NCBI RefSeq assembly: GCF_964355755.1 | Contig: NC_092673.1 | Span: 24,487,648 to 24,551,647 of the forward strand | Direction: 5' to 3' | Origin: Antedon mediterranea | Taxonomy: Eukaryota; Animalia; Echinodermata | DNA length: 64,000 nucleotides | Part shown: positions 1 to 13,468 of the stretch, piece by piece | How the letters are laid out: the number at the start of each line of letters is the position of its first letter | Numbering within the stretch: position 1 is the stretch's first letter | The notes under the pieces: model-generated | Told to the model about the DNA's origin: nothing | The model's database searches: none | The model's input: only the letters and a program-made list of their open reading frames with translations | Program-made: the position numbers and the translations under genes

Positions 1-1241
1 GAATGCTTGATTCATTACTATTTTGCTTTTACCATAAACTGTGTATGATTTGTGAGGTACAATTGCAATATTAGATACAGAGTCAAGGGTCAACTCATAA
101 ACATACATCAATTACTTTAATTTCTCTAATGGAAATTTAGTCTATTGTTTTTAAGATGCATATTTTATGCTGTTTATGTCCAAGCTCAGTCAATTGAAAA
201 AAAAAAAAAATACAGGAATAATGTAATTTTCTTTTCATTAAATACGACGTATATTAAATTACGTCACACACGTACGTATTCATGCTTTAATGTAAAGAAT
301 TCAGATTTAATTTTATTGTAAGTATGAGTACATTTTCAACATTAAACTCTAAGATGTATACAGTATTAATAAAATTATTACTATATAAAAAATATTTAAA
401 CATACTTGATATATTATATTAAAACAATCAATATTTAAAAACAGACATGAAATACCACAGGGATACAATATTTTAAAAGCAACATATATAAAAAAAATAC
501 TATAAACATTACTTTATACCGGTTCCAATAATTAGTTAAAATATGCCAAAAACTGGCTAAAAAAATATAAATAAAAAAAATATAAATAAAAAAGTATAAC
601 AAAATTATAAATTTATATACAGATACAATGTTCCAAAGTACTAACAAATCATGCCTACATACAGAAATCTCGCTAAGCCTTTTTGCAGCAAGTTACGTTC
701 TCGATCAATATTTTATGTGCATAAACAAAATAGTCACATCCACTCATGTGAATGCAAGCAATGCACACTTTGAAGTTAAATAACATTGCGTAAAAATAAT
801 GATGTATTGTCCCCCAAAAACATGAAAATTGAAGATTAATTAAATCAGACTTTGAATATATTATTTTGTAGTTTTAATAAAGCTTATCACTTCCATAGAA
901 AAAATAAAGGAAAAAAATCATGTTTTTACTTATGAATGAAAAAATAAATTTTAAAGTCAACCAAAAACCCATTGGTTGGCAGCCAATTTGACCATTTTTT
1001 GCTTTAAATTACAGTTTTTTCAGGTAAATACATTTTTTATACAACTATACTATGTTACACTAAAATAGCATATTCAACAAAAATTTGTTTAAGAATTAGT
1101 TTTCCAGAGGGACAATACATCTTTAAACATAATATATTTATAAATTGATCCTTTCCTGTCCTTTTCTATTTATCAAATACAATGTCTGGAAAATACGATG
1201 TTTACAATTTAATTAATTATTTGAATCGTTTGTACTTTTAG

Positions 1242-2261
1242 GAAAGATGTGCGTCTGCCCGTTCAGTTACAGCGTGCCATGGCAGCTGAAGCAGAGGCAG
1301 CGAGGGAAGCACGAGCCAAGGTTTGTATGTTTGCTTTATTGTCAAAATTTTACAATTTTAAGATATGTTTTGTACCATAGTAGATCATTAAATAATACAA
1401 ATGATAAATATTTAAATAAATGAATACAAGTTACTATCTTTTAAAATTTTGATTAAATAAATTGCATGCTATATACAGTGTTGAAAATCTGAAACAGTTT
1501 TATTTGTCAACATTGTTTCCTGTGTCAGTCCTTCCTGATCTGCTAATAATAATATCTGAGTTTAATGGGTGGGTTGAGTCTAGTATAATTTAGTTAATTT
1601 TCTTAAGTATAAACATTTTAAATATCATCTAGAGATTTCACTTCGACACCGATAACTTTGCTGGCTTTATTTACAATTCTTTGAATTTTTGCTGTTAATA
1701 TTGATGTGAGAAAACCAAATAATAATACAATACGAAAGGATTGATTGAACAAGGGCCGTTTGGAATTTATTTATTTATTCTTTCTTTTTACTGGATTGCA
1801 TTTTTAGTAATGTAGTACTCCACCTCTGATACTTCTCAGGACGTTTTAATATAAAGTTTTATAATGTGTGAAGAAATTTGATGATATCGCTGCAGATATC
1901 ACTTCTTAATTCAGGAACTTTTAATAGTATAATAGCCCTTTCAAATCGCAAACACCGTAACAAACACACCACACCGTTATCCCTCTCACACCAAATGCCC
2001 TGGTGTTTTATTAGGTTGCTTTTCTTTCAGACAGAATTACAATATTCAAATTTTTACTTTCAGGTTATTGCCGCAGAAGGAGAACAGAATGCTTCTCGTG
2101 CTCTTAAAGAGGCTGCAGATGTCATGCTTGAATCACCTATGGCTTTACAACTACGCTATCTTCAAACGCTGAACACGATATCAGCGGAAAAGAACTCAAC
2201 TATCATATTTCCTTTACCGCTGAATTTACTTGAAAACATATCGTACTTCAAAAAGGAATAG
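1242..2261 (+). CDS. STOM: Stomatin/MEC-2-like SPFH (band 7) protein, last two coding exons (5' part lies outside the window)
   Basis: Exon 1242-1320 (tag|...AAG|gt) encodes KDVRLPVQLQRAMAAEAEAAREARAK. Exon 2064-2261 (cag|) encodes VIAAEGEQNASRALKEAADVMLESPMALQLRYLQTLNTISAEKNSTIIFPLP...*. Both are hallmark stomatin C-terminal motifs. Exact paralog (STOM/STOML3/mec-2) not resolved. Confidence 0.9.
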
Positions 2262-2312
2262 AAATTGTGTAAAGGTTGTAATTAAAGTATTTGTAAATAT
2301 TTTATCGGACAC

Positions 2313-2488
2313 TGCATTTGAATATGTAAATTGCATTTAAATATGTAAATTGCATTTGAATATGTAAATTGCATTTAAATATGTAAGTATGCATTTGAAT
2401 ATGTAAATTGCATTTGAATATGTAAATTGCATTTGAATATGTAAATTGCATTTGAATACATACATTGTATTTGAATACATACATACAC
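2313..2488. repeat. 19-bp minisatellite (tgcatttgaatatgtaaat) x~9 in the stomatin 3' UTR region
   Basis: Tandem units are directly visible and degenerate toward 2488. Confidence 0.9.
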
Positions 2489-2687
2489 CTGCACAATAAA
2501 CTCAAATTGAGCGTTTATTCGACTAAATATGGTACATACAATTTCTTTCTTAAACAAATTTGTTTCACGAGAAATAAAAAATGTGTAATGCAATGTTAAT
2601 TTTGGTATACTATGGCTTATAGTGTGGGGAAAATTTGTTTGGTGTCCACTTAATAGGGGTTCTGCTGTAATGTATTGAGGTTATCTT

Positions 2688-2983
2688 GAGTGAGTGAGTG
2701 GCCGAGCGGTTAAGACAGTGGAACCGTAATTACGTAGCCATAACATTGGCAGGGGTTCGAGTCTCACTCACTCCATGGTTCTCGGATAAGGACTATAAAC
2801 CGTAGGTCCAGTGTACACATCTAGCTCGTGTGCACTTTAAAGAACCTAGTACATCTTTCGAGACGAGTAGGAGGTTACCCCGGTGTATTAGTACATCACA
2901 GCCACTTATCTTAACTGGGCCCTCTAGGAGACCAGTCTTTGACTGAAGAGGTCGCCCAGTATAAATATATATTTCAATCAATC
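2688..2983 (+). mobile_element. tRNA-derived SINE with Deu/Nin-like central domain
   Basis: A box TGGCCGAGCGG (~2699) and B box GGTTCGAGTC (~2754). The core ctcggataaggactataaaccgtaggtccagtgtacac...taaagaacc...gagtagg...accccggtg is shared with the copy at 52270-52547. Short (caat)n tail. Confidence 0.8.
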
Positions 2984-4254
2984 ATCTTATGCAGGTTTAA
3001 ACAGTTTTCTTTTAGTTTTATGTTAAATCGTGGTATGTACATTAGCTTATTTTAAATGATAAGCAAAACCAGCAAACACTCATATTTAAAATATTAAGAA
3101 TATTAAATATAATATTTAGTGTAGTAATTTGTACACTGTCACAATGTTACGATAATTACAAATGTTACGATAATTACAAATGTTACGATAATTACAAATG
3201 TACATATATTTTGCTATGTTAGATGTAATCGCAAATTATATTGTGTATAGTTAATGTATGTGTTTTAAAACAATAGTATAAATCCCATTAAATTACTTTT
3301 TATTTCAAATTAAATATGTATCTATTATTCAACAAAATGAAAATTAATTTAGGGTTTATATTTTCCTGTTAATTCTTGTGAATTATAATGCAATAATATT
3401 GCTATATATGTGCATAATCATCATCTTATAGACGTAAAGTAACTGTTTATGTAAAAAAATAAAATGGTCAAAATTTGGCCGTTTTTGGAAAAAAATCCCT
3501 GTGCTTTACTGCCCTGTCATGAAAGAACGACTCAACTGACACATTTTTCAAAAATCACTTTTTTAGCTTTTTGGGCTATTTAGGGAATGATTCACCTTGT
3601 GGTATATTTAGATATTCAAAATGTTAACTAGAAATATGAAATTTACAAATCAAAATACCACTCAATTACAAGTGTGTGTTACTATTGTCACCAAAGACTA
3701 ACTCAACTACAAATGCCATGAAAGACTCACTCAAATGACATATTAACACCTATTATGTCATAGGAAACCCATTCAAGTACACAACAATGGTGTTAATTTC
3801 ACAGCAAGCTGTGTAATGTTGTTTTAAACATAAAATAATTTGGTACTGCCCTACGAATAATTGTCAATAATTATTTTATTCAATACTCACTTTAACTTGT
3901 TTAGTTATTATTAGAGTATTCATTTTATTTCTGGAATATTTAGAATTAAATACCCCGGAGAGACTATGTGAACCCCGTAATGATATTATTATTATTGAAT
4001 ATTCTCCCTCTTAAATTAATACTTAAAACTAAAGTAAAAATACAAGAAACATGAAAAACAATATTTTAAACTTATTTTTAGTTACAAATCTATGTACACA
4101 CTAAATATATACAGAAATGTGGGAAATGTGATTGCTAGCAATGTATATACGGTAGTGTCTGTAGGCCTACAAAAACAATTCCAAAAATTAATTAATTATA
4201 ATATATTATGTCTTAAAAAAGGTGTCTTTATTCTGTATAACATATATTTATATA

Positions 4255-5765
4255 TTTATGTCAAAAGTGGTTACTATAGCACAATTGACATGCGCAGAAC
4301 CCATTATTCGTCTCTGTGCATGTTTATTATGCAATAGTAACCATTTATGTCAACAACAAAAAAGGGTCGATAATCGGTAATTTTTCGAAAATTATGCTAT
4401 AGTAACTACTTTTGACATGCGCAGAACCCATTATTCGACTCTGCGCATGTTTATTATACTATAGTAACCATTTATGTCAAAACTGGTTACCATAGCACAA
4501 TTGACATGCGCAGAACTCATTATTTGTCTCTGCGCATGTTTATTATAATATAGTAACCATTTATGTCAAAAGTGGTTACTATAGCACAATTGACATGCGC
4601 AGAACCCATTATTCGACTCTGCGCATGTTTTTTATGCTATAGTAACCATTTATGTAAAAAAATAAAAGGGTTGAAAATCGGCCATTTTTCGAAAATTTCC
4701 ATGTACTATATATAGTACAGGGATTTTTCAAGAAATGGCCAATTTTCGACCTTTTCATTTTTCGATAAAACTGGTTACTATAGCACAATTGACATGCGCA
4801 GAACCCATTATTCGCCTCTGCGCATGTTTATTATACATTAGTAACCATTTATGTCAAAACTGGTTACCATAGGACAATTGACATGCGCAGAACCCATTAT
4901 TCGCCTCTGCACATGTTTATTATGCAATAGTAATAACCATTTATGTCAAAAGTGGTTACCATAGCACAATTGACATGCGCAGAACCTATTATTCGCCTCT
5001 GCGCATGTTTATTATGCAATAGTAACCATTTATGTCAAAAAATAAAAGGGTCGAAAATCGGCCATTTTTCGAAAATTTCCCTGTACTATAGTACAGGGAT
5101 TTTTCAAAAAAGGCAAATGTTCGACCTTTTTATTTTTCGATAAAACTGGTTACTATAGCACAATTGACATGCGCAGAACCCATTATTCGCCTCTGCGCAT
5201 GTTTATTATGCAATAGTAACCATTTATGTCAAAAAATAAAAGGGTCGAAAATCGGCCATTTTTCGAAAATTTCCATGTACTATATAGTACAGGGATTTTT
5301 TCAAAAAATGGCAAATGTTCGACCTTTTTATATTTCGATAAAACTGGTTACTATAGCACAATTGACATGCGCAGAACCCATTATTCGCCTCTGAGCATGT
5401 TTATTATACTATAGTAACCATTTATGTCAAAACTGGTTACCATAGCACAATTGACATGCGCAGAACCCATTATTTGACTCTGCGCATGTTTTTTATGCTA
5501 TAGTAACCATTTATGTCAAAAAATAAAAGGGTCGAATATCGGCCATTTTTCGAAAATTTCCCAGTACTATATAGTACAGGGTTTTTTTCAAAAAAAGGCA
5601 AATGTTCGACGTTTTTATTTTTCGATAAAAGTGGTTATTATAGCACAATTGACATGCGCAGAACCCATTATTCGCCTCTGCGCATGTTTATTATGCAATA
5701 GTAACCATATATGTCAAAAAATAAAAGGGTCGAAATTTGGTCATTTTTGGAAAAAATTCCTGTGC
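4255..5765. repeat. Complex satellite of two alternating palindromic units (~89-bp unit A x~11; ~110-bp unit B x4 plus partials)
   Basis: Unit A: tggttactatagca..acatgcgcaga-[loop]-tctgcgcatgt..tgctatagtaacca. Unit B is centred on ccctgtactatagtacaggg with gggtcgaa/ttcgacc arms. Degenerate relatives lie at ~3420-3510 and 5770-6165. Confidence 0.9.
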
Positions 5766-6512
5766 TTATTATGTTCATATATTGCGTTATTATAATCTTA
5801 TAGACGTATAGTAACCATTTATCTAAAAAAAATAAGAGGGTACAAATTTTGGAAAAAATCCCTGTGCTATAGAACAGGTATTTTTTTTTAAAAATTGCTA
5901 AAATGTAGTTTTCAAAATACTATTATTATGCAATAATAGTACTATATATTTACATATATTGCATTATCATCATCTTTTATGTATGTAACCATTTATGTAA
6001 AAAAATAAAAGGGTTGAAATTTGGTCATTTTTTGAAAAATCCATGTGCGATATAGTACAGGGATTTTAGCCATTTTCGACTAAATCCCTGTACTATATTT
6101 TATTTTATTCAGAAATGGCCAAAATATTGACTTTTTTATATATATTTAACTGGTTACTATGACAATAATAAAAATGTAAAATGCAACTCTGTGTTTATCT
6201 ATTGACGTAACTTGCACAGAACACATGTTTGATATTTTTTAAAGGAGAAACATTTTCAGTCAGTCAGTTTTTAAATTATTACACTGGTCAATATTGGATT
6301 TCACATTTTAAGATTATTATTTTCATAATAAACTGAATACTTTTACATGATTCTAAAAGACATACATTCAATCAGTAACTTAATCTTGTGCTTTGTTAAT
6401 AAAATAAATGATTACATATAATATTGTCAGCTTTTAACAATTTGTATGTAAATAAAATATATAGGAAACTTCTATATCTTCACTAGATTCACATACAACA
6501 ATCAGCACAGAA

Positions 6513-6734
6513 CAATTGTCGTATTCGAGTGAACCGTTGAGTAGTTTTTTCGTTGAGTACTTATTTAACGGAGTATTTTGAGCGTTGAGATTTTTCTTAA
6601 CAAAAAAGCTTTCGTTGTCAACATTTTCTTTTCGAATGACTTTCAGTTTAGCACAAATTTACAATTCAAATACAAAAAGTACTCAACGAATCTTTACGTT
6701 GACATCGAAAGTTCCCAATCGAATACGACAATTG
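6513..6734. mobile_element. MITE (~220 bp) in the FATP 3' UTR
   Basis: Terminal inverted repeats caattgtcgtattcga ... tcgaatacgacaattg, with internal cgttgagta/tactcaacg repeats. Confidence 0.7.
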
Positions 6735-6758
6735 TAACCAATGAAAATTAATGAAAGT

Positions 6759-9700
6759 TTAAAATCGAACATTTCCCTTTAATATATTTTGATAAATTTC
6801 ATCAGTAAGTAATTCAAAGTTTCTGGTTTTACTATCCATATAGTACACAACATCTCCTTTCAGCTTGGGTAAATGGAATGCTTCTTCTCTAAATCCTGTC
6901 TTCTTCACTTTGTGAGTAGCTAAAAGTTTTGGATAAAATTGAAATGGTATTAAATATAACTAATAAGAATATAAGTATATATAATAAATAAGTATCATAT
7001 AATAGGAAACAAAATCACTGTCTAGCCTAGGCCTAGGATGCGAGGCCTAGCAAAACAGTCATGTAGTAGAATTAACAAGATATACAATTGACGTGCATAT
7101 GTTTTGTTTTTGGGGCCGCGGTGCAGACGACCTGTTCGTACTCGTAAATCATGCAGTGAGCCTAGCGTTATTCTGCAATAGGATTTACACACAGAGTGCT
7201 GTTATACTTTTTTGCTGTGCACCTTTTTCACTCCAGTGCATCATAGTGACAAAATAAAGAGCGCACACGTGACTCATTTCAGTGCATCTGATTCGCTACA
7301 TCATTGAACCCATGTTATAAAAAGCAAATAACGCACAAGTCTAAGTTTTTTTGTTAGGGGGAATGCAGCGCATTCTCGGGTATTCACAATGTCATGCATG
7401 TCGCACGATTGTAAATACCCTTGAGTGCGCCACATTTCCACTAACAGGCAACTAAAGACAACTCTCTGTTGGGTTCTACTATAAGACTTACACGTCATTT
7501 CAAGTTTTTCTGTAAACCTAATGAAGATTGGTTTAGCATAAGCTGGCAAAGCTTTCTGCAGGTCTTGATTGAGTGTAACCAGATCCACTGTACCAGGTGT
7601 ACCAACCACAGCTACCATACCAGCCCTACCTTCGTTACCTGTCAAAGCAAAACAAGTCAACATTAAGACATCAATAGGTTTTTTTGTATTTTATTGTAAT
7701 GTTTTAAATATTCCATTCTGCAATCGCCAGGCTTCCAACTATGAAGAATTTGAATAGAACAATAGAAAAAAAAAATTATAGGATTTACGCTTTCCACAGC
7801 ATTTATTTGTCAAATATAAAATATCAGAAATTTGGTTTCTGTACACTACAGATCATTACATATATAAACAACAATCATAATAAAAAAATATAATAAGAAT
7901 ATAAATTGTTTTGAGTAAAAAATTATATTTCACATTTTAATGTATATGTATAATCATAACCAGATTATTCTATGGGATTAAAAGATTTTTAAAAAAATCA
8001 ACAGTACTCAGTTGTGCTAAACAATCCCACAATGGTGTAGTACTTTTAACACAATGGCGTACCTGGAATCTCAACACCATAGCATGTTGCGTCTCGTAGG
8101 CCTATCAACCGGCTCACAGTACTCTCCACTTCTGTGGTAGAAACGTTTTCTCCTTTCCAACGGAATGTATCGCCTGAACGATCACAAAAATACATATATC
8201 CCAGTTCATCCATATACAGCATGTCCCCTGAATTGTACAAAAGGTTAAATAAATTGTGATTATGTATGATTTAGACAATTATGATTAATATAATAACTGT
8301 AGTGTCAAATAATCTCATATCCTAAATCACAGGGCAGATAATAACATTGTTTGGGCTGGGCACTTTGTAATTATTTAGGTGATAATTTTAAATGAAACAC
8401 TTTTTTTAGACCAATATTTTACAAATATTCAATCACAAGAAATTCTCAGCCATTTTCACACATTCAGGTGGCATAGAGGTCAAAGTTCAGGATAGATATC
8501 AGACATAATCAATAATAATTCCTGCCATTTGTTATTTAACTCCAACACTCTTCAACATCATATTAACAAACCTGAAAGAAACACGCTGTCTCCTTTTTCA
8601 AAGACATCATATTCAATCTTTTTCCCAGAAGCCTCCTTGTTTACGTAGCCATGGAACTCTCTTGTGGGATCTCCTTTTCTTATCTTGCCAATGAGATGAC
8701 CAACTTGCCCTGAAACAGTTTTATAATGATCAATTTTTAATAAACGTTTACTGTACATATTTAATAGATGAAAATATATACAGTGGGAAACCCCATTTTC
8801 GTAGATACCAAAGTGTACCCTTTATAGGGTTGGTGTAGTGTTAAAACATACACATATTGTATTACACCAGAGGATATACAGTATTTGTGATTAGCACTAG
8901 CAATAATAAGCACTAACCTGGTTTGCATCTTTCGCAAAGGCCATTTTTATTCCGAATTATCTCTTTCGTGACTTCATCCACTCTGATAAGTGTCACAGGA
9001 TAAACATTAGGTACGATGATAGAGTTGAAGCCGACTGCACCAGGATAGCTGGTAGTGTTGATGACGTTTGTGTTGCCTTCCGTTGCACCATAAAACTCAG
9101 CAATCTGAGACAATTATAAACATAACAAATATAAATATTGATTGTTGTATTTCAAAACACATCCAACAAAAATGTGTGACAAGTTCTCAGGTTGTGCGGC
9201 CGAGCAAGTTCAACGTAACCATTTATTTTCTTCTAATCTATTACAATAATACAAATTATTAAGGTACTGTATTAAAATAAGGTAGGTAAGTATGAATCTC
9301 AAATATTTCATCTCGATAAATATATTATATATAAAAAAAAGAAAAAAAAACTATATCATTACTCTCTTACTCATAGAATTATTAATATGTTTACCATTTT
9401 CTCTTAAAATAATAATAGAACAAAATGTAAAAAGAAAGGCAACCCTGTGATGTGGAAGCCCACACAAAATAGTAGTCAGGCTGGGGAAAAAATATAATAT
9501 TACGATAAATACAGGGGCGCCACAAACCATATCAATACAATTGGCACAGATTCAAGGCTCTTCTCGACCATAGCAGTGGTGGTAGAACAGGTCTTCTCAG
9601 ATAAGGACGGTAGTGGTAGGCGCTGCACTGTTGTGTGTCCATAGAGGACCTACTCCGAATTTCATCAATTGAAGATGAATATTAATACAATTTACAAATA

Positions 9701-12700
9701 AACACAAACAACTGAAAACAGGGATCCTGCATAAAAAAGCTGTAGCTTCGTTTTTTTGTAGGACCCTTTTACATAAGAACAAGTATATAGAACTTAAATA
9801 AACAAAGGTGTTGTTAAGTATATTAACATACACAAAGTTCTGTCTGCACTATCAAACTAGTGGTAGTGATATGCCCAAATATGGTAGTGATATGCTTTAA
9901 TATGGTAGTGATATGCTTTAATAAGGTAGTAATATGACATCATCATGTCCATATATGGGCACATCACATTTTTTTGTCACATAAAGTTTGATAGTGTAGA
10001 CAGAGCTTCACAAGCGACAAAATATGTATATCCTTGTCATGCATTATCTTTTCCCATTTCAAAAAGAAAAAAAAAACAATGGCAAGCTCAGCTTTTTGCA
10101 ACAAATTCGAGCCTCATTCACAGCCAATGATACCAACCTTAGGTATTTTAAACCTGTTAACAAAGTCAGTCCAAATTTTTTTCTGTAGACCATTACCGAT
10201 AGCCATACGAACAGTATGACCAGTGTCAGATGGACGATCAGGTTGATTAAGCAGGTACCGGCAAATTTCACCAATGTATTGAATAACCTATAATTTAATA
10301 TAAGAAATGCTTAGTGTCTAATTTATAGTTTAGAATTCTGGCCAGGCTATTCAAATTTAATGATATCAATTTTAGGAGCGACAAAAAAAACATTGAGAAT
10401 TGATTATTAATTTTTGTATTAGTCACTACTAAATTATAATTTTTGTAATGTTTTATTGAAATGAAATATTGAAAAAAAAAATACATACAGTGGCTTTATA
10501 TTTTATACAGTCATCCCAAAAACGACTTGCTGAGAATTTTTTCCGAATGGCCATCGTACATCCAGATACTATCACTTGTCCGACCCCTACAATACCACCT
10601 GCAGAGTGGTAGAGCGGCATTGCGCAATAGATGATGTCACTGCTTCGAAAGTGGAATGCAAGGGTCATTCCCACAGACATGTACATAAAACTAAAAAGAA
10701 TAACATAAGAAATAAAAATCAACAAATAGTATTTAAATTATTGCGATCGTCGAATTGAGAACTTGCTTATATGCATTATATATTATAAGATTGAATTATT
10801 ATTATTATTAATATTATTAAGATGCTCACATAGAGTCTTGTAAGTCTTTGAGTTAGTGACATATATTTGTTGTTAACTATAAGATAAGATTAATAAATAA
10901 TGTGTTCAAAGTTCTGTAACTGTTTTATGACCCAGATACAAATGATATCTCATTCAACCCTTTGTTAAGATGAAAACCAAATGCTACATATTTTTAGTAA
11001 ATACTAACCGCGAGTGTGTAATTACAGCTGCTTTTGGCAATCCAGTAGTTCCTGATGTATAGATGTAGATTAATTTATCTGAAATCAAACAAATAAGATA
11101 GATTAGACTGGTAATCTCACGATATGAATTAGTCACATTGTGAACGTAATACTTAACTGTGATATAATTTGTAATCAAAATAAATGTACTTCTTGAGTGC
11201 AAGATAAGGGTGGGGTCCATTGCAAGAGAAATCGGAGATGTGAAAGTGAACAAGGATCATAAGAAGGACATATAGAAATGTAAAAGACAAAACAAATAAA
11301 TTACATATAAAATGTAAAAAAGGTAATATAAAAAAGTGAAGAATATCATAAAACCGGAATTATAATATATAAAATCATATAGGAATATTAACGATGAGAT
11401 ACTTTCTTAGTTTAATTTTTAAAATAGGTAACCGAGGCTAGAAAGCTCTTCTCGTCTAATATGAAACATATTATTACCACCCAGAATAAAGCCTGGCAAC
11501 AACAATAGTATTGTAGTAATAATTTTATTATAAAGTTTAGTGGTGATTTTAGTTTGAAAGATGATAACCATGTATTTGTTTTACCTTTTATTTTTAGGCC
11601 ATGTGGACTTGTTGGACAGTAAGTTGATGCTGCTTGAATGAGTGGATCTAGATGTATGGCATCCTTAATACCATCTAGCACACAATCTCCAAAACAATAG
11701 TACTGCAAGTTTCCAGTTTGTAGTGTTTGAGCTTCAGCAACAGCTGCATAAAGAACGGTTTGAATGGTCAAGAAATGCTAGTAAAGTTAGGTGAACATCT
11801 AACAACAGGACGATGAGCTCACCTTGCCAAGATAAGAACTCATAACAGTCCATTGATCTTATGTCTAGTAGCGACAAATACCAACTGTACTATGAGGGTG
11901 TGTGGTGCAGTGTGCTGGACGTTGGATTACTGATCGTGGTTCAAATAAAACTCTCGCCGCATTGCTTGTATTCTTAGGCAAGATACTTTACTTGCATTTG
12001 CCTCTTTCCACACAGGTGTATAAAATGGGCACCAGTTAAATCAAGACAACTTTGCGCCGATTACTAGCTGCATTTATTATAGGAGTATGATTCCATGATC
12101 GGGGTAATAATGAACTATTATTATTATATTCTCAGCTGCACAGTGTCTGTTTAGTGGGCATGGAACTGATCATGTTGCAGCCACAGATAACCCTTTGATC
12201 CCTGTTGTTAGATTTCCTTCGGTACACTATGTGTGATTCCAAAAAGGAGGTAATGTAAAGTAAGGTTAAGAATGTCTTGAGGTTTTGGTTGTTACTCTAC
12301 AGTGTTCCTATTTAGAAGCACTACATATGTACTGCATTTAAAATAACTTTGTGATAACAATGGCTCTGAAACAATGACGCTATTAAGGAGGAGTGACAAT
12401 AGGCACTTCCCTAAAATATTAAACCCTCCCAGAATAAGCACCACCTGAAACTTTTTTATTTCTATGACAGAAAAAGAAGCTTGTTTGTACAGTAGCCCAT
12501 CAGTATATTTCTTAATAATCAGCAATTTCAATTTTCTCTAATATAATAGTTTACCACTATTGAGAGCTAAAATAGTACATTAATCCCTGGTTCAATTAAG
12601 CTATGCTATTCTTACCATCGGATAGGTCACTACCATAAATCAGTGCCCGGCCATTAGAGACAGAAACACAATGCGCCATGGACTTCAGTCGTAGGTTATA

Positions 12701-13468
12701 GTTTATGAGAGCAGCCACAACGCCGATCTTGGACAAGCCTAGCCATATGGCGACAAACTCTGGGCTACCCGTCATGAAAATAGCCACTGTATCACCGTGC
12801 CTGTAACCTGCTCCAGAAAAATAGTTAGCAACACGATTACTGTAATCCTCTATCTGTTGAAATGTCCATTTTTCGTCCTCGGTCATAAATGCAACTTTAT
12901 GGGGATGTTTCTTGACGTTAGCTTGAAATTGTTGGTGTACAAGAACATTGTCTTTTTGATATTTATAAAGGCTGTACTTGAGTGCAAATAATGTATATAA
13001 AGCTCTGAAATTAAACGAAAATTAAATTAATGGGTTTAATAGGTATTTATCAATGCTTTCTACATAAAGTCCGACTGTTTTATCTCAGTGTGACTACCAT
13101 AAAAACAATGTATTTTTTATTATAAATTCCTTGTATGTTACGGTACAATACATTATTAGTTTATAAATATGCCTAGCCTAGGATAATACATTATTGACTA
13201 GGCCTAGGCCTATTTGGGTTTAAATTCAATTTGCACAAATAATTGTGGAAATTGTGCATACACGAACAATTAATACAACATTGATAAAATCAAAACTAAC
13301 TTACTGTGCATCTCTTGGTAATGTTTTTATTGCATTTCTGGTAAATCTCCAGCCTCCAGTTACCAGGTAGACAGTATAGGCAATCAGTAGGCTGAGCCCA
13401 GCACTTAAGCCTCCAAATCCCCAAAGAACACCTCCAAACAACACAAACAAAAGGCCTTTCTGTGCCAT
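6759..13468 (-). CDS. SLC27A4: Long-chain fatty acid transport protein / very-long-chain acyl-CoA synthetase (SLC27A1/A4-like, FATP), 11 coding exons
   Basis: Exons (minus strand): 13468-13305, 13004-12616, 11743-11585, 11078-11009, 10690-10489, 10287-10138, 9104-8918, 8709-8572, 8227-8063, 7638-7492, 6919-6759 (TAA). All GT-AG and phase-consistent. Motifs: AMP-binding [24 protein letters not shown], and FATP signature [35 protein letters not shown]. Start ATG 13468 is inferred; an in-frame ATG at 13555 is also possible. A1 versus A4 orthology not resolved. Confidence 0.93.
9510..9612 (+). mobile_element. Degenerate SINE fragment, same family as 52270-52547
   Basis: caggggcgcc...gtggtggtagaacaggtcttctcagataaggac matches the reverse complement of the 52.4 kb copy (tggtggtggaacaagtcttctcggataaggac). 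Confidence 0.5.
9835..10008. mobile_element. MITE with internal tandem repeats (FATP intron)
   Basis: TIRs aagttctgtctgcactatcaaact ... agtttgatagtgtagacagagctt, with internal (atggtagtgatatgc) repeats. A solo end aagctctgtctacactatcaaactttatgt occurs at 28121-28150. Confidence 0.75.
11893..12110 (+). mobile_element. Degenerate tRNA-derived CORE-like SINE
   Basis: A-box-like tggtgcagtg and B-box-like ggttcaaat, followed by ttcttaggcaagatactttac...gcctctttccacacaggtgtataaaatggg, which resembles the CORE domain. Confidence 0.55.

Noticed and set aside
4943-5701. ORFs in the palindromic satellite (e.g. MTCAEPIIRLCACLLC...)
   Set aside because: These are translations of the tandem repeat, with no splice or domain support.
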